In this document: one piece after another, positions 33,075-45,229 of the stretch
Layout: every line of letters begins with the position of its first letter
Position numbering within the stretch: position 1 is the stretch's first letter
Source: Gnetum montanum
Lineage: Eukaryota > Plantae > Gnetophyta
Assembly: GCA_015680685.1 (NCBI GenBank)
Contig: MNCI01001519.1
Coordinates: 573,318-637,317, forward strand
DNA length: 64,000 nt
Direction of reading: 5' to 3'
Position numbers and translations under genes: made by a program
The notes under the pieces: generated by a model
What the model saw: the letters and a program-made list of their open reading frames with translations, nothing else
What the model was told of the DNA's origin: nothing
The model's database searches: none

Positions 33075-35876
33075 GCCTTGTCCCAACAAAATGGGATCAG
33101 CTCCATGAGTTCTTTTTCGCTATTCATCTCTATGAAGAACTAGATCTTTGCTTATTTGTCATTTCTTCAGATCCCCTTCAATTGTTTTTTCCCATATCAT
33201 TTTTGCTGAAATGTAAACCTACCAAATGCATCCATGTAAAAACCTTAGGGATCCAATAGACAAAGTTCAGTTTTGGCAATTTCATTTTTAAACAATTTTA
33301 TTATATTTCAATATAGCCTTTTGGGATGGAATACATGACTTGAAACGCAAGTCACAAGCCTTGTCAATAGGCTAGACCTCATTAATATACTTATGGATAT
33401 AATAAGCAACCACATTCATGAATTCCACAATAAATAGTCTTTGTTGTTTAACTTGTTTTCAAATAACTCAAGATCTTCATGGTTCATGGTTCAAATTTGA
33501 GAATGCTAGCATGTAACATGTAGCAATTCAGAGTACCACTTGTTCATCATCATGGTTCCTTTATCCCAATAGCACAGGCTAATCCATTAAGGTGGGCAAA
33601 GGACTTGATGGTGACTTTCTGTAGTCAGCTATTTACTTGATGTTATAGCCTGAGTTTATAATTTTAATGGTGCCCCAAGGTGGTAGCCTGAATATATTTT
33701 GATTGTTCCCCCAGGTGGCACATGTTTAAGCTTGTTGTGTTGCTATAAAAGAATTCCTTGGATCTAGCACTGGTGAATAGGAAAAATAAGTAGAGAATTC
33801 ATTTCAATTCAATAAAAAAAAACAGTACAGAGAAAACAAAATAAACAAAAACAATATCTATTGGAGCCAACGAACCTCAGTCCAGGTACACAATAGGAGG
33901 CTGACCTTTGTTTTACATAATAAACAGTTTTTGTGAAACATGTCAACCCCCAATTCTTCACTTTTCCCACTTTAATTTCATTATGTTTCCTAGAATATTC
34001 AGCAATTGTATTTTTATTTCTTGTGACCTGGGACGATCACATGTGTCCAATAATAATATTCAGAAACAGATATCCCAAATAACTCAAGAACCCATGAAAT
34101 TACATCAAGCATTAACAAAAAATGATTTCATATAAAAAAAACCATGACAAGTATGGGTAGAAACAAGACTCAAGGTATACTTGCTTTGTTTAACGATAAA
34201 TGAACAACCATAGTGTACATATACAAGTAATAAACAATTCCTAAGTTGTAGTTCCTACAGTTGACTATCAACTTCACTTCACCACATAATCACAATACTT
34301 CATGATAACCATTCTTCTGCATTAATCCTACCATACACACACTAAAGTACAGGTTGCCCAAACAAGTCAGTAATAAAATGGCCTTATTCTAATGGTCACT
34401 AATTGATTGGATAGTTATGATCATTAATGGTAACTTATACATTGATATAAAAAAGGCTCACATATGATAACTCCTAACTCAGTAGACCACACTTTCAAGG
34501 CACTTGTTGCCCTAGGTTGTAACAATTGCACCTGGCCCCTTGGTTAGATCTATAGGTGCTTGGCAAAAGTTGATTGGTTTTATATCCATTTTAGTAGTAT
34601 CTTCAGATTAATGTTAGTATTTGAAAGAGTTTTCATATCAGCTTTGTAATGGAGTTTTGTCTTACATCTAGTGCTAAAGCCACTAGTTGCACACACTAGG
34701 TTTAGCTTTGCCAAAAGTAGTTTCTTTAACTGATGAGGTTCCACTCAGAAAAAAAAATTTATGGTAGGATTAAAGAATCTTGTGCTGTGCTGTCCATGTA
34801 ACGGTAGAAATTCAGAAGCATTATTCTGTAGTTCCAGTCAACCAAGTCATTTGTCCAAAACTTGACACTGTGGATACACAGCAGCCAAAAATTTCTTTAC
34901 CACGCAATGAAGAACCAAACAGATTTGCACCACAATCCCAGATTAGGCAGCAAAATAGGCTGAAAATCACAGACAACAAAGGAAATCTTTGTATAAAAAT
35001 GATAAAAATCATTAAAAAATGATGGACCCCAGAAATAAGAAACAATCAGAGGGACAGAGTAGCTGCTGCTCTCCTGCAATTCCAAATGAAAGCCCACCAA
35101 CAATAAGATATGGTTTGCCAAGAATGATTTCAATATCGGTATTTCAGGTACAGACCCTGTTGCTAAGCTGCTTACTCTGCCACATGATTTGTGTTCATCA
35201 TCTTCATCATTGAAGAAGCAAAAAATCCAGAACATGCTTGGTCAAGATAAAATGGATAGCCATGGCCAAACTGTTCCAGATCTTTTTCTTCTTCCAAACT
35301 GTTCTAGATCTTTCTCTTCTTCTTCAGAAAAGACTGAGAAGAGATTTATTCCCTTAGCTCAATAGTCACTGTTGCATTCATCAGTCTTTGCTTCTTTCGT
35401 TTCTTTCTAGCTTAGTTTTGCAAGAAGGCATGGTGAATATCCCCTTTCCCCATTCCTAATGAAAAAACATAGACCGACTACTGTACAGGTCCTGACTGTA
35501 GTACAAAAAGATTAATGCCTATTCTGATAAGTTCACGTAAGCAAAGGTGTCTAGTCTGCCCCCATTGCTAACAAAAATTCAAAACATGAACTCTGTGCTC
35601 ACTGAACTGATGAACCTGGTATACAGTCAAAAATAACATGTGGAATATCGTGGTGTCAAAAGTTGAATTTTGACGGTTACATGGGCAAGATAAATGTTCA
35701 GTTCTTTACATGTAAACAGAATGCTATTTTAGTACATGTCAATTGGATATACTCTAGACTGGTTTACATATCCTCTTACATAATCAATGACTGTCAAGCA
35801 AACAAAAAATAACAGTGACTAAAGCAATCTCCTGGACATGATTTTAACAGAATGAATAAATGTACTACTTGATCAC

Positions 35877-36052
35877 CTGTGTATTTTTCATTTTCTTCTC
35901 CATCATAAAAAAGTTTGAATGTTGGATATGCATGAATATCGAATTTTGTGCAAATTGGCTTGTTCTTACTGCAGTCTAATTGAGCAATCTCCACAGCATC
36001 CTCCCCCTCAACAGCTCTCCCTAGTTCTTCCCATAGTGCAGGTATATTTTTG
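35877..36052 (-). CDS. PDIL5-1: PDIL5-1 exon 3
   Basis: (C)KNIPALWEELGRAVEGEDAVEIAQLDCSKNKPICTKFDIHAYPTFKLFYDGEENEKYT(G): thioredoxin fold; AG/GT boundaries. Confidence 0.93.
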
Positions 36053-36151
36053 CTGTCAATATACATTGAATATGATACAACATTTATTCAAAAATGGAAT
36101 ACATACAACTAATGCATAATATTTATCTCTTAAAATGAACTACCAACGTAC

Positions 36152-36210
36152 CAATATTTACACCAAGGCACACAAAACTGTACAAACCAAAGGGTATCTT
36201 TCTCCTTTAT
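36152..36210 (-). CDS. PDIL5-1: PDIL5-1 exon 2 (active site WCKYC, second Cys codon split by intron 2)
   Basis: IKEKDTLWFVQFCVPWCKY + TG|gtacgt; matches the PDIL5-1 motif IKEKDTAWFVKFCVPWCKHC. Confidence 0.93.
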
Positions 36211-36988
36211 CTGACAAGGAATAAAAGAAAATAAGGTAAGTCACTTTAAAATAATTTGACATGTAAGTCACTTTAATTTAAGCCAAGGCTTTGCAGTTCC
36301 TGTTAATTTTCCTACAAAGCATACAAATCTCATTTCTTTTTAACTTTGAAATTAAGGATAGTTATTTTTAAAATTTAAAGAGATTGAAAATCAAGGAGAG
36401 TAGATGAAAATGGTTTGCCACGTCCAACTTACACCAGAGATGGAGATCACTCCTATTCCAAAGTGTTTATTAATCCATGTGGAAGGCAAGCAAAGTAGAC
36501 AAATTAGGTGTGTGATAGGTTATGGACTAGAGATTTCAGTCTTGGAAGGACAAAAATGGAGAAAGATAATCAAAAAACCAGATTAATCAATTTTTGTTTT
36601 TCACATGATCAGATGTCGACAACTGGTACGACTAACTACGACATGTAAATTTAAATGTGTGGAAATTTCCAAGACACATCTTTCCTTTTGTGTGTCTATT
36701 ATCTTAAATTTCCTCTTTAGCAGAATCAAAGCGCCACGACTTCCATGATTTCGAATGTTCTATCAGGATGAAACTGAAAATCGAAAAATAGAATGGGAAA
36801 ATCGACCGTAAGATAAAGTTACCAGAATTTCAAATTTTCTGGTGAAACAGCGAGCAATTTGAAACTCTAAAACCAAGCAAACATAAAATTGTACACGAAT
36901 TAACTTCAAATACGATAACCTACAAAAGAATTTAGTTAGTAACAAAGGTATCAGAATTTTAAACAGAAATTCGAATAAAGAATCTTGC

Positions 36989-37090
36989 CTTGTCGACAAA
37001 AGTGTCTTCTGTCAAGATGATAACATCCGCCGTGGCCGCGCATACGCCGGTAAGAAGCAGAAACGCAAGCACTGCAGTTGAGCTTGCCAT
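36989..37090 (-). CDS. PDIL5-1: PDIL5-1 exon 1 (signal peptide)
   Basis: MASSTAVLAFLLLTGVCAATADVIILTEDTFVDK; GC-rich and retains CpG; followed by the GC donor AAG|GCAAGA. Confidence 0.9.
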
Positions 37091-37354
37091 GATCCCCTAT
37101 AAGATCACAGATCTATTCTAGATTCTGCAGAACGCAAAGGACGCCTGACTGGTGATACTAATGTTAACCGCAGATGATACTAATGTTAGCCGCAGATGAT
37201 TTGATTTCTGATACATCGAAACGACTTTGAGCCGGCCTAAAAGTAATTGATATAGCAATTAAAAGGTTTAACAAAATATTAACTTTCAGATAATGAGGTG
37301 TTAGCCGGACGGCATGAGCTTTGCCCAGGTGACCCAAGGTTATAGGTTCAAGTT

Positions 37355-37435
37355 TTCTCTAAATCTAGGTTCAAGTAAATGATACACTTCTCTAAATCTA
37401 GGTTCAAGTAAATGATACACTTCTCTAAATCTAGG
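37355..37435. repeat. 33-bp tandem repeat, ~2.5 copies, upstream of PDIL5-1
   Basis: ttctctaaatctaggttcaagtaaatgatacac twice plus a partial copy. Confidence 0.9.
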
Positions 37436-38285
37436 GGTGTATCTCTATTTTAATTATTTCAGCTTCAACACTCCCAAAATATTAACTGAAGGTACAAAAA
37501 TATATGCTAGCACACTTTGTCCATCATAATTGACTTTACATTGAGACTTTTAGGCATTTGGTGCAGTCCTTTTGTCAACATAAGATTTAACCACTACGTA
37601 GATAGTAACCTTTTTATGTAAGGACAAATTTTCCTTATGCGGTTTCTATTTGGACTAATTGATTCTTCTTGTATTAAAGTATTCACAAAAGCTTCCTTCT
37701 TAGCAATGACATTAACTTGTTTTTCATCGTTTTAGCTTTAGATTATTTTTATTTCCTTTTTCCTTTCTCAATGTCAACATGTTTTTTCTTTTCCTTAGCA
37801 TCTTTTTTCTTGAGCAACAAAGGAAAAACATTAAACAAATGTCCTTCATGATGGTAAAAATCACAAAAATTAGGAGAATTATAATATGTAGTTGGTTGAA
37901 TGTAAGTCTTTTCGTCTACTTACAAAACCAATTCTTTTTTATGTTTGAGAAGATTGATTTCACCAAGTCTACAAAAATCAAATGATGTGGAAATAGATGC
38001 TATATGCTTAATGAGAGTGAGAAGACTAATGATTTCCTGCTCAACCTTTAAAAATATCAACGGAAGATTAAATAGGTTGAAAAAACTTGGAACTTTAGAA
38101 TATTCTTCAAATTGGATATCAAAATCTAAAATCCACTTACGAATTATTAACACTCCATGCTTATGCATAAAAGATTATATATCTAGGGCACATTGCACCA
38201 TCAAAGCATTAGCTAGTTCAACAAGCAGAAAAAAACAAGAAGAATACCTAGCTTAATAAAGGACTAATATTGGAGCTTCCATAAC

Positions 38286-38625
38286 CTCATCATCATCATC
38301 CTAGCTTTGTCACAATAGAATGGGGTCACCTACATAAGTTCTTTTTTGACATTTTGTTTATTTGTAGTTTCTTTAAAACATCTTCAATTGTTTTTTCCCC
38401 CATATCCTTTTTGGTCTTTCTCTTAATGGCTTTCTAGGAACAAAGATGTAGCAACCTTTTTTATAGGCTCATTATCTAATCTTCTCTGCACATGTCCAAA
38501 CCATCTAAGTTGTTATTCATGTAACTCATCTAAAATAAAAGCTACTCAAAATCTTCCTCTAATGTTTGTATTATGCAATTTATCTCTTCTGATAACATTC
38601 AGCATAGCATTGACATTTCAACTTC
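38286..38625 (-). mobile_element. RTE LINE 3' fragment
   Basis: (CAT)n-cctagct tail; the minus strand encodes LRWFGHVQRR; homologous to 6950-7300. Confidence 0.8.
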
Positions 38626-39709
38626 CATAAATATCTAGACTTTAAAAAAATAACAAGGCCTACGAGATCAAAAGATTAAAACCAAAAAAAAAAACTACCA
38701 CTCAGTCCAAGCAATTTCATTAGCTAAAACCAACATGAAAAATCTTTTAATCAAAGTTATATTTCATGTTTGAGTGTATATGATAATTTCATGAAAGTTT
38801 TTCCAATAGCCCTCTATTACTTATACAAGCAATACAATAAATCGATGTTTACTTGACCAAAGCTTATTATAAAATAAGATGAGGTTTCTATTGTTTACTA
38901 GAAAAGAAAACCTATTTTTTCCAACCCAAATTGCATGCAGAATAGAGAAGATAATGGTTTTAATTTTTTATCTTTTCCATTTTTCTTTTGCATTCAATCA
39001 AACTCGAATAATATCATTAAGAGAAGAGCTACTACAATGCCATCCTTGAAAGGATTGTGTGACACCATCTTTGACTCCCAAATCAGCAAGGCAAGAAGGG
39101 TGAACTTAAGATGGACTACACCTTAAAGATCATAACATCTATGTGCACAACATAAGTTTATATATACATATAAATCTATATGTTAGGAGTGTAGAACGTA
39201 TGCCTTCGATATTCATATAAACAATAGGATCAACTAGACACACACATGCATAACCATATAAAGTACTCACATGTACATACACATATTGTTCCCGAGAGAG
39301 CTAAGACCTGTTCCTACTCTAACACATCTAGCCCTAAGTCCCTGTTCTATAGAGAAGGGATAGTACTTGAGTCAAAGAAGCTAAAGCATCCCAAAAAAGC
39401 CTACATATCCTTGTGACATAGTTCATAAGAAATTAGCATAATGTAGTTCTTTTGGGTAATGGTTAAGATAGCATGGAACTTTTAAGGATCACCATACTCC
39501 TCCAACCCTCATTCTAGAGGGAAACAACCTATGAACCACCAACAAGGTATACTTTCTTACACTCTCCTCCTCTTGAAAGAAGTGACACCATTAAAGCTTT
39601 AATTTTTTGCATTTAATTCTCAAACATGGAGGGTACATTACATATTGAGGATAATCAAACAACTAAAAGCTCATTTGACAATTATAGGTAACAAGGTTCA
39701 ATGACTAGG

Positions 39710-40570
39710 TGATGAGTAGCAAGTAGTCCCTACACCCAACCATACGAATCAAAAGCATTGCACTAGTGATTCAATTGAATTCCATGGACTTTAGCTCCTA
39801 AATGCACAATATGCAAAGGTAGTGACTTAAAAATATGATTGTTGTCTTCTTGGCTTCACTTGTGAGTGCAAGTGTATGGTTAAGTATAAGCCCACGTACA
39901 TGATTTTTATTGATTTTATATTTTATTTTATTTAGTCTAAGTGTGAAATAAAGAAAGCATTAATCAATGATTAACTATTTAACTATCTAGTGTTCTAATC
40001 AAACTATCCAAACATAAGCATTCGATCCCACTTTTTGTTTGCATCTTAAACTTGCTTTAATGCTACTGGGTTACCAAGTGCCTATTACTAGGCATACCAA
40101 ATAGCCATTACTGGGATTGCCAAGCATTAAGTGGTATGTTCGAAGTGTTTGTGCTTATGCATATGTTATTAACCGTATTAATCAATCAAAGACATTAATG
40201 TAAACATAAGTAAATGAATGCACAAAAGGAAACATTAATCTATTTTAAGTGCTACAAGAAATGCCAAGAATCTTATCTTTATTACCATTCACATCAATGT
40301 GTTTAGCTACAAGATGCTCAAATAAAGAACTATACAATCCTTGGAATCCTACTGCAGGTTACTGAAAAAATATTCTAACTCTAGGTTAAGAAAACTACAA
40401 GAGCTTTGCTATGCTATGGACTTAATGTGCCATAAATGTGGTGGGAACATGCATTTATATAGGCAAAGGTAGACACTGCATCAATGTATCTAACCATGTG
40501 TTAATGGGGTTATGTCAATGGGCTTGCTTTGACACATGCTCATCGACACAACCCATCGAGTGATTTATCG
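39710..40570 (-). repeat. Athila 3' LTR (~861 bp)
   Basis: Colinear with 51385-52249; preceded on the minus strand by a G-rich PPT-like atgggggta. Confidence 0.9.
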
Positions 40571-40779
40571 TACCCCCATGACTGAATGAAAACTCGTCCG
40601 TGAGTGAACAAAAGTAGGATCAAGCTTCTTACAAAATTGGGAAGGTATGAAATCATAGATTGACTAACTCTACTAACTAAATCTAAGTGCTATATTCTAC
40701 AAAATTACAATATTTAAAAAAATGGATGTTTAGGATAGCAAAATTAAACACCCTTCCAAAAATGAATGGCTAGAATCCT

Positions 40780-43640
40780 CTATTGGCCAAAGACAAAGAG
40801 GAGATCAAACAGTGCCACGAGGTGGAGGCACCTAGGGTGTTGAAGGACCTTCTCCAACCTCTAGCACCCATGGTGGTGGTAGTTAAGGTTAAGGTGGTGG
40901 TTGTGATTATCTTGCTGTAGTTACTGCTTTAGGTGGAAGGTGAAAGGCATTCATCAATGCCTTCATCTTCTCCTTCTTACTTTGTGGATCGTACATAGTC
41001 CATGCAGCTTTGCTAGTGTGGGCTAGTATGGGAATGTCCCATGGAAAAGGCATTGCCAAGAACAACTCCTTAACATTGACAAATCATGCTGCAAATTATT
41101 TATGTTCAATGTCAAACATCTTAACAAGGTTTTGTAGTTCATGATAGTCATTCATCCTTTTGGCCAAGTACTTAGCAACCAATCACTCATCTGTAAATCA
41201 GCTCTTGAGAACTTTAAGCTCTGCATTAGCTATTTCTAGCTTATGCATGGTGTCTTTGTAATGCTTGGACTCAGCCTCATAAAGGAGGTATGAGCTGGCC
41301 ACCTACTTCTCTAACTCTAACCTCAGCCTACTAATTGTTAGCATTGTCAGGTTTGCATAATGAAGGTTGGCAAGATCTATGTATTCTATCATTTCCTCAA
41401 TTTGCAACTCTTTTAAGTGGATCTCCACTTTGTTGTAGGCATTCCTCCATCAAAGATTAGTTGTCATACATCGCCTCTTTACTAGAGTTGCTAGAGGGCC
41501 TCATTCATTTTCACCTCGGCCAATTGAATATTTTTATCATTTACCCCCTTGAGGAGCCCAACCTGGTCCTCGTGCAAACTTAAGGGCCTCATTTTTTCAG
41601 GTGGCTACCTCAATGGCTATTTTTTGGTGAAGTGCATAGACTTCCTCCATTAAGAGATTGTGGTTCTTTGCTATCAACCTCCTTAGATCCATGTTCACCT
41701 TGGTGAGCTACTTCTACTATCTTACAAATTTGATCATTTGGTCCTTTTGCTTCTCAACATTGCATAGGTAGTGGATTCCTTTGGTTAGAGTGAGATTCTC
41801 CTTATAGACTTACACCAAGTCCTTATCAGTTGGGTAGCGATAGCTTCCAATAAGCATTGTTGAAGACTGCCATCTCCTTCACATTGTTAACCTCTTTTAA
41901 TTTGTTCTGAAGCTAAGAGAAAGCTTCATCCTATGTAATGGCTTGGTTGAGAATGGCAGGATCAGCCAAGTGGGCTCTCAATTCCACAACTTTGGTAGTC
42001 AACCATCATTGTTCAATCATGGCTGCCTCAAGTTGGACATTTTTAATGATGAGCTTACCCTTGGTTTCCAGTAGCCCCATTGGGTAGCTATGATTCCTTC
42101 TAGAAAATTGAAGATTTCTAGAAATGGTTGTCCAGTTTCCACTAGTTGGTCCAACACTTCCTTGTGTTGGATTATACTTAGCCTCTAGCTCCCTATTCCT
42201 GTGGATGCTTGCATGTGTTTGAGTGCAGCAATGTCTAGCATGATTACTGTAGGAGCATTAATTGTCTCTACTACTTGATTGACCATCACTTTTGCCATTG
42301 TTTCCTATCTATGGTGCTACATCACCAAGACAGTCATCCCATCACCTTCCCCCAAGCACACTAAGAAAGTAGCAATATTCCTAGAGATCTCTAAGAATTG
42401 TTGTTATCCAAGGATGGGCACTATCACTTCTTGAGTTCCCAAATTCAATCTCACAAGTGATTATATCCATTTTGTCGAAAAAAATGGTGCAATCTCTTCT
42501 AGTTAGCTGATGGTTTAGGTTACTTCGTTAAGGTGACTTAACACTGGCTGGTAGATTAATGGCTCTCCTCACTTGGTTTCCCCTACTACAACTTTAGAAG
42601 TTGCTTGTGGAGCTTCCTCATGCACTCCATTGCTGCACAAGCCTCAAGCATTGTTTCTCTAGTGGATGGTGGTGGTGGTGGCTGCACCTCTTCAAGCATC
42701 TTGATGGACATATTATCTTTCATCATCTCCTACCAAGATGCAGCAAGAGCGTGACAAAGCATGTCATTCACATAACAAGCTATTCCACCCCTTTTGCAGA
42801 GATTTTTAATTACGCATGGAAAGGGGAATGTCTTCCTCCCTTGCTCATTCTCTTTGAATACTTCTTCAATTTCCAAAAAGATGAGTTGGGGGAGGTTGAT
42901 AAGGAATTTTCTACTTATAGTGGCACACGCATGGGCAAAGAAGGTAGTGACCTTACTTGGCCTCACCATTGGGTTTAGGTAATGGGCCGTAATCTTGAAG
43001 TAGTTCCTCTCTACCTTGGTGAGTGCATCGTACTCCTTATGGTCCACTCCATAGCATCGTTGGACCCATTCCTTTTTGACGTTGAGGTCTGCTTGTGTAG
43101 GAATTTTCACCAACGTTATCCCAGTGTTAAGCAATTTGAGGATGCAATGACCTCAACCAAATAGGACATATTAATGTCCTTGATTTTCATGATCACATTT
43201 GCCTATCAATTGTTCTAGAAGAGATAAGTCTCTCCCATGTACGACTCCCCACTAGAAGTGAGGATGAGCCACATGGGAGATCCTTACAGTTGTGTCTTGG
43301 CCTCCTCTAGTGCCAGGTCCAAGAAGGGGCCAAACTTGAGTTCCTAAATAATGGCACTTTGGACCTCCTTAGAATGGATTTGCTTTAGGTAGGCCTTGGT
43401 CAAGGTGATCTCTAGATTTTGTCTAGGCCTTGGCACCATGTCTTGCCTAGATTATCTTGTTTCTATAGTGAGAATTTGATGAACAAATTCCACTTCGGGC
43501 TCCTTCCAAATTGGTCCAATGGCATGGGTCTCTACCTCATCTTCTTGGGGTTGTTGTTGTGGCTACTAGCTCCTTCCCCCTCTTGCTCACTTCTCCTACA
43601 ATTGCGATGGTACTTCTCCCTATGATCTCTTTGATGGCAT
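40780..43640 (-). pseudogene. Athila extra ('env-like') ORF: plant transposon protein domain, coiled coil and Pro-rich end
   Basis: YFKITAHYLNPMVRPSKVT...INLPQLIFLEI...FPFPCVIKNLCKRGG (42730-43134); E/K/L-rich decayed coding sequence downstream. Confidence 0.7.
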
Positions 43641-45229
43641 CTACGATCACACATATAACCAAGGATTAGTGTTTTATGCATAACTTTTAATACTTTAATA
43701 CATGTCCTCCTTTTGCTAGTTACACTTAGGCTAATTTGTAATCATGAAAAATTGATTATTTTAATATTATTTTATTCCACTGGCTACTTAAGTTTTTTGG
43801 TGAGGCTTAACTTGTGTTGATTGGTGATCTTTAATATTATTTTATTAGTTAAACCATTTGGAAGTTAGAAAAATTTCAAAAAAATTTCTATCAGAAACCA
43901 TAGGTTTGTGGTCCCCCACGACGTAAAGCTCACCTGTAGTAGTTGAAGGGCCAAAAAATGAGTTGATGCGGACAAGTGGTTAGGAAGTTATGGGCTTGGG
44001 AAACTTTGGGCTCTAAAAATTACAAAAACTCCCCTAGCGTTATGAGGCAAATGTGAAAATTTGGCTAACTCCCCTCATGTATTTATACTATTTTTCTACT
44101 ACATTGATGGGGATGCATTGATGCATTATGTTGCATTGATGGGGAGGCATTTTCGTAGCCAAAAACAAAAATTTTTACAATTGAAAAACTAAGGAAAAAG
44201 AGTTTTTCTATACAACTGGGATCTAGAGGAAGCCAAAAAAAACCTAGAATAAGGACAAATGCATGAAGAGGGCTAGGAGTGTGTTTGGAAAGGAGATTTG
44301 GTAGGAGACTAATTTCCAAGGAGTGCAAAAATTGAAAGCACTAAGGTGAAAAAAAATGGTTTTGGAAGAAAAATTCCTAAGGGATAAAGAACTTAACCAT
44401 CCCAAACAAAGAGTATGCAAGTAGGTCCTCCCCATAGTAGGCTCATGCCCTTAATGCCCTTGCATGCCCTTAAACCAAGGAGTTCATGGATCCCAAGGAT
44501 AATTAATGGTTGTGGATTTTTAAAAATTGAATCACAAAAAAAAAAACCATCAAAGAATTAAGACCATCTCAAAATGAACCCATCAATACAACATGATAAG
44601 AAGAAGTGAGGTGGTAAATGGGAAGAACTAATGAATGACAAAGAGAGAGAGTATGAAATGTAGTTCCACATTATAGTCACATGAAGTCCCTTGTGGAGGA
44701 TGTGAGTATTATGACTTGGTAACTCCCATACTTAGTTGGAATTAAGACTATCCACTTCAAGTAACTTCACATTGGCACATTAGACCATTCCATCCCTAGG
44801 GTACAAGAACATCCTTGTAGATCACTCACCATTTCAAAGAAAGAAGAAAAGAAAAGTAGGAAGTAAAGAGAGCCTTAGTTAGAGGCATGCCTTCAAGCAT
44901 GTGTAACATGTCTTTCCAACCTCATAACTAGTGCTTATAGCCCATTATTATGTCTAAGGGGTGTGCTTTGAATTCCCATAGTTTTTTTTTTTCAAATGGG
45001 AACCACATCATGCAAAGACATTACTTCCTATTTATTGGTTGACATAGGAATGATGAGGAATCTATGGGAATATTCATGAAACCCCTAATGGTAGGTATGT
45101 ACATATTTATGGTTCCTTAAAATTTATCCACATGATTTCCTTAAAATTTTGTTCATTAAGGCACGCACATGGGGTTCCAATAGAGCACCTTATCTCCTAC
45201 TTGAAATTTACTTTCTATATCTTAAGGTC

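Larger units (their letters stand above)
27640..33205 (-). mobile_element. Short RTE LINE 3'-end fragment split by the Copia insertion (27640-27665 and 33075-33205)
   Basis: (CAT)n-cctagcctt on the left continues as gtcccaacaaaatgggatcagctccatgagttc on the right; matches the RTE end at 7200-7302. Confidence 0.75.
15346..35876 (-). other. PDIL5-1 intron 3 (20,531 nt, GT-AG) filled with TEs
   Basis: Donor ACAG|GTGATC at 35876, acceptor TTGTCAG| at 15346; the joined exons give a 145-aa protein. Confidence 0.82.

Noticed and set aside
34780-35235. Overlapping short ORFs as a nested gene or extra PDIL exon
   Set aside because: No recognisable motif, and the PDIL5-1 protein is complete without them
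37779-38256. ORFs upstream of PDIL5-1
   Set aside because: AT-rich, with no domain similarity or splice-supported structure
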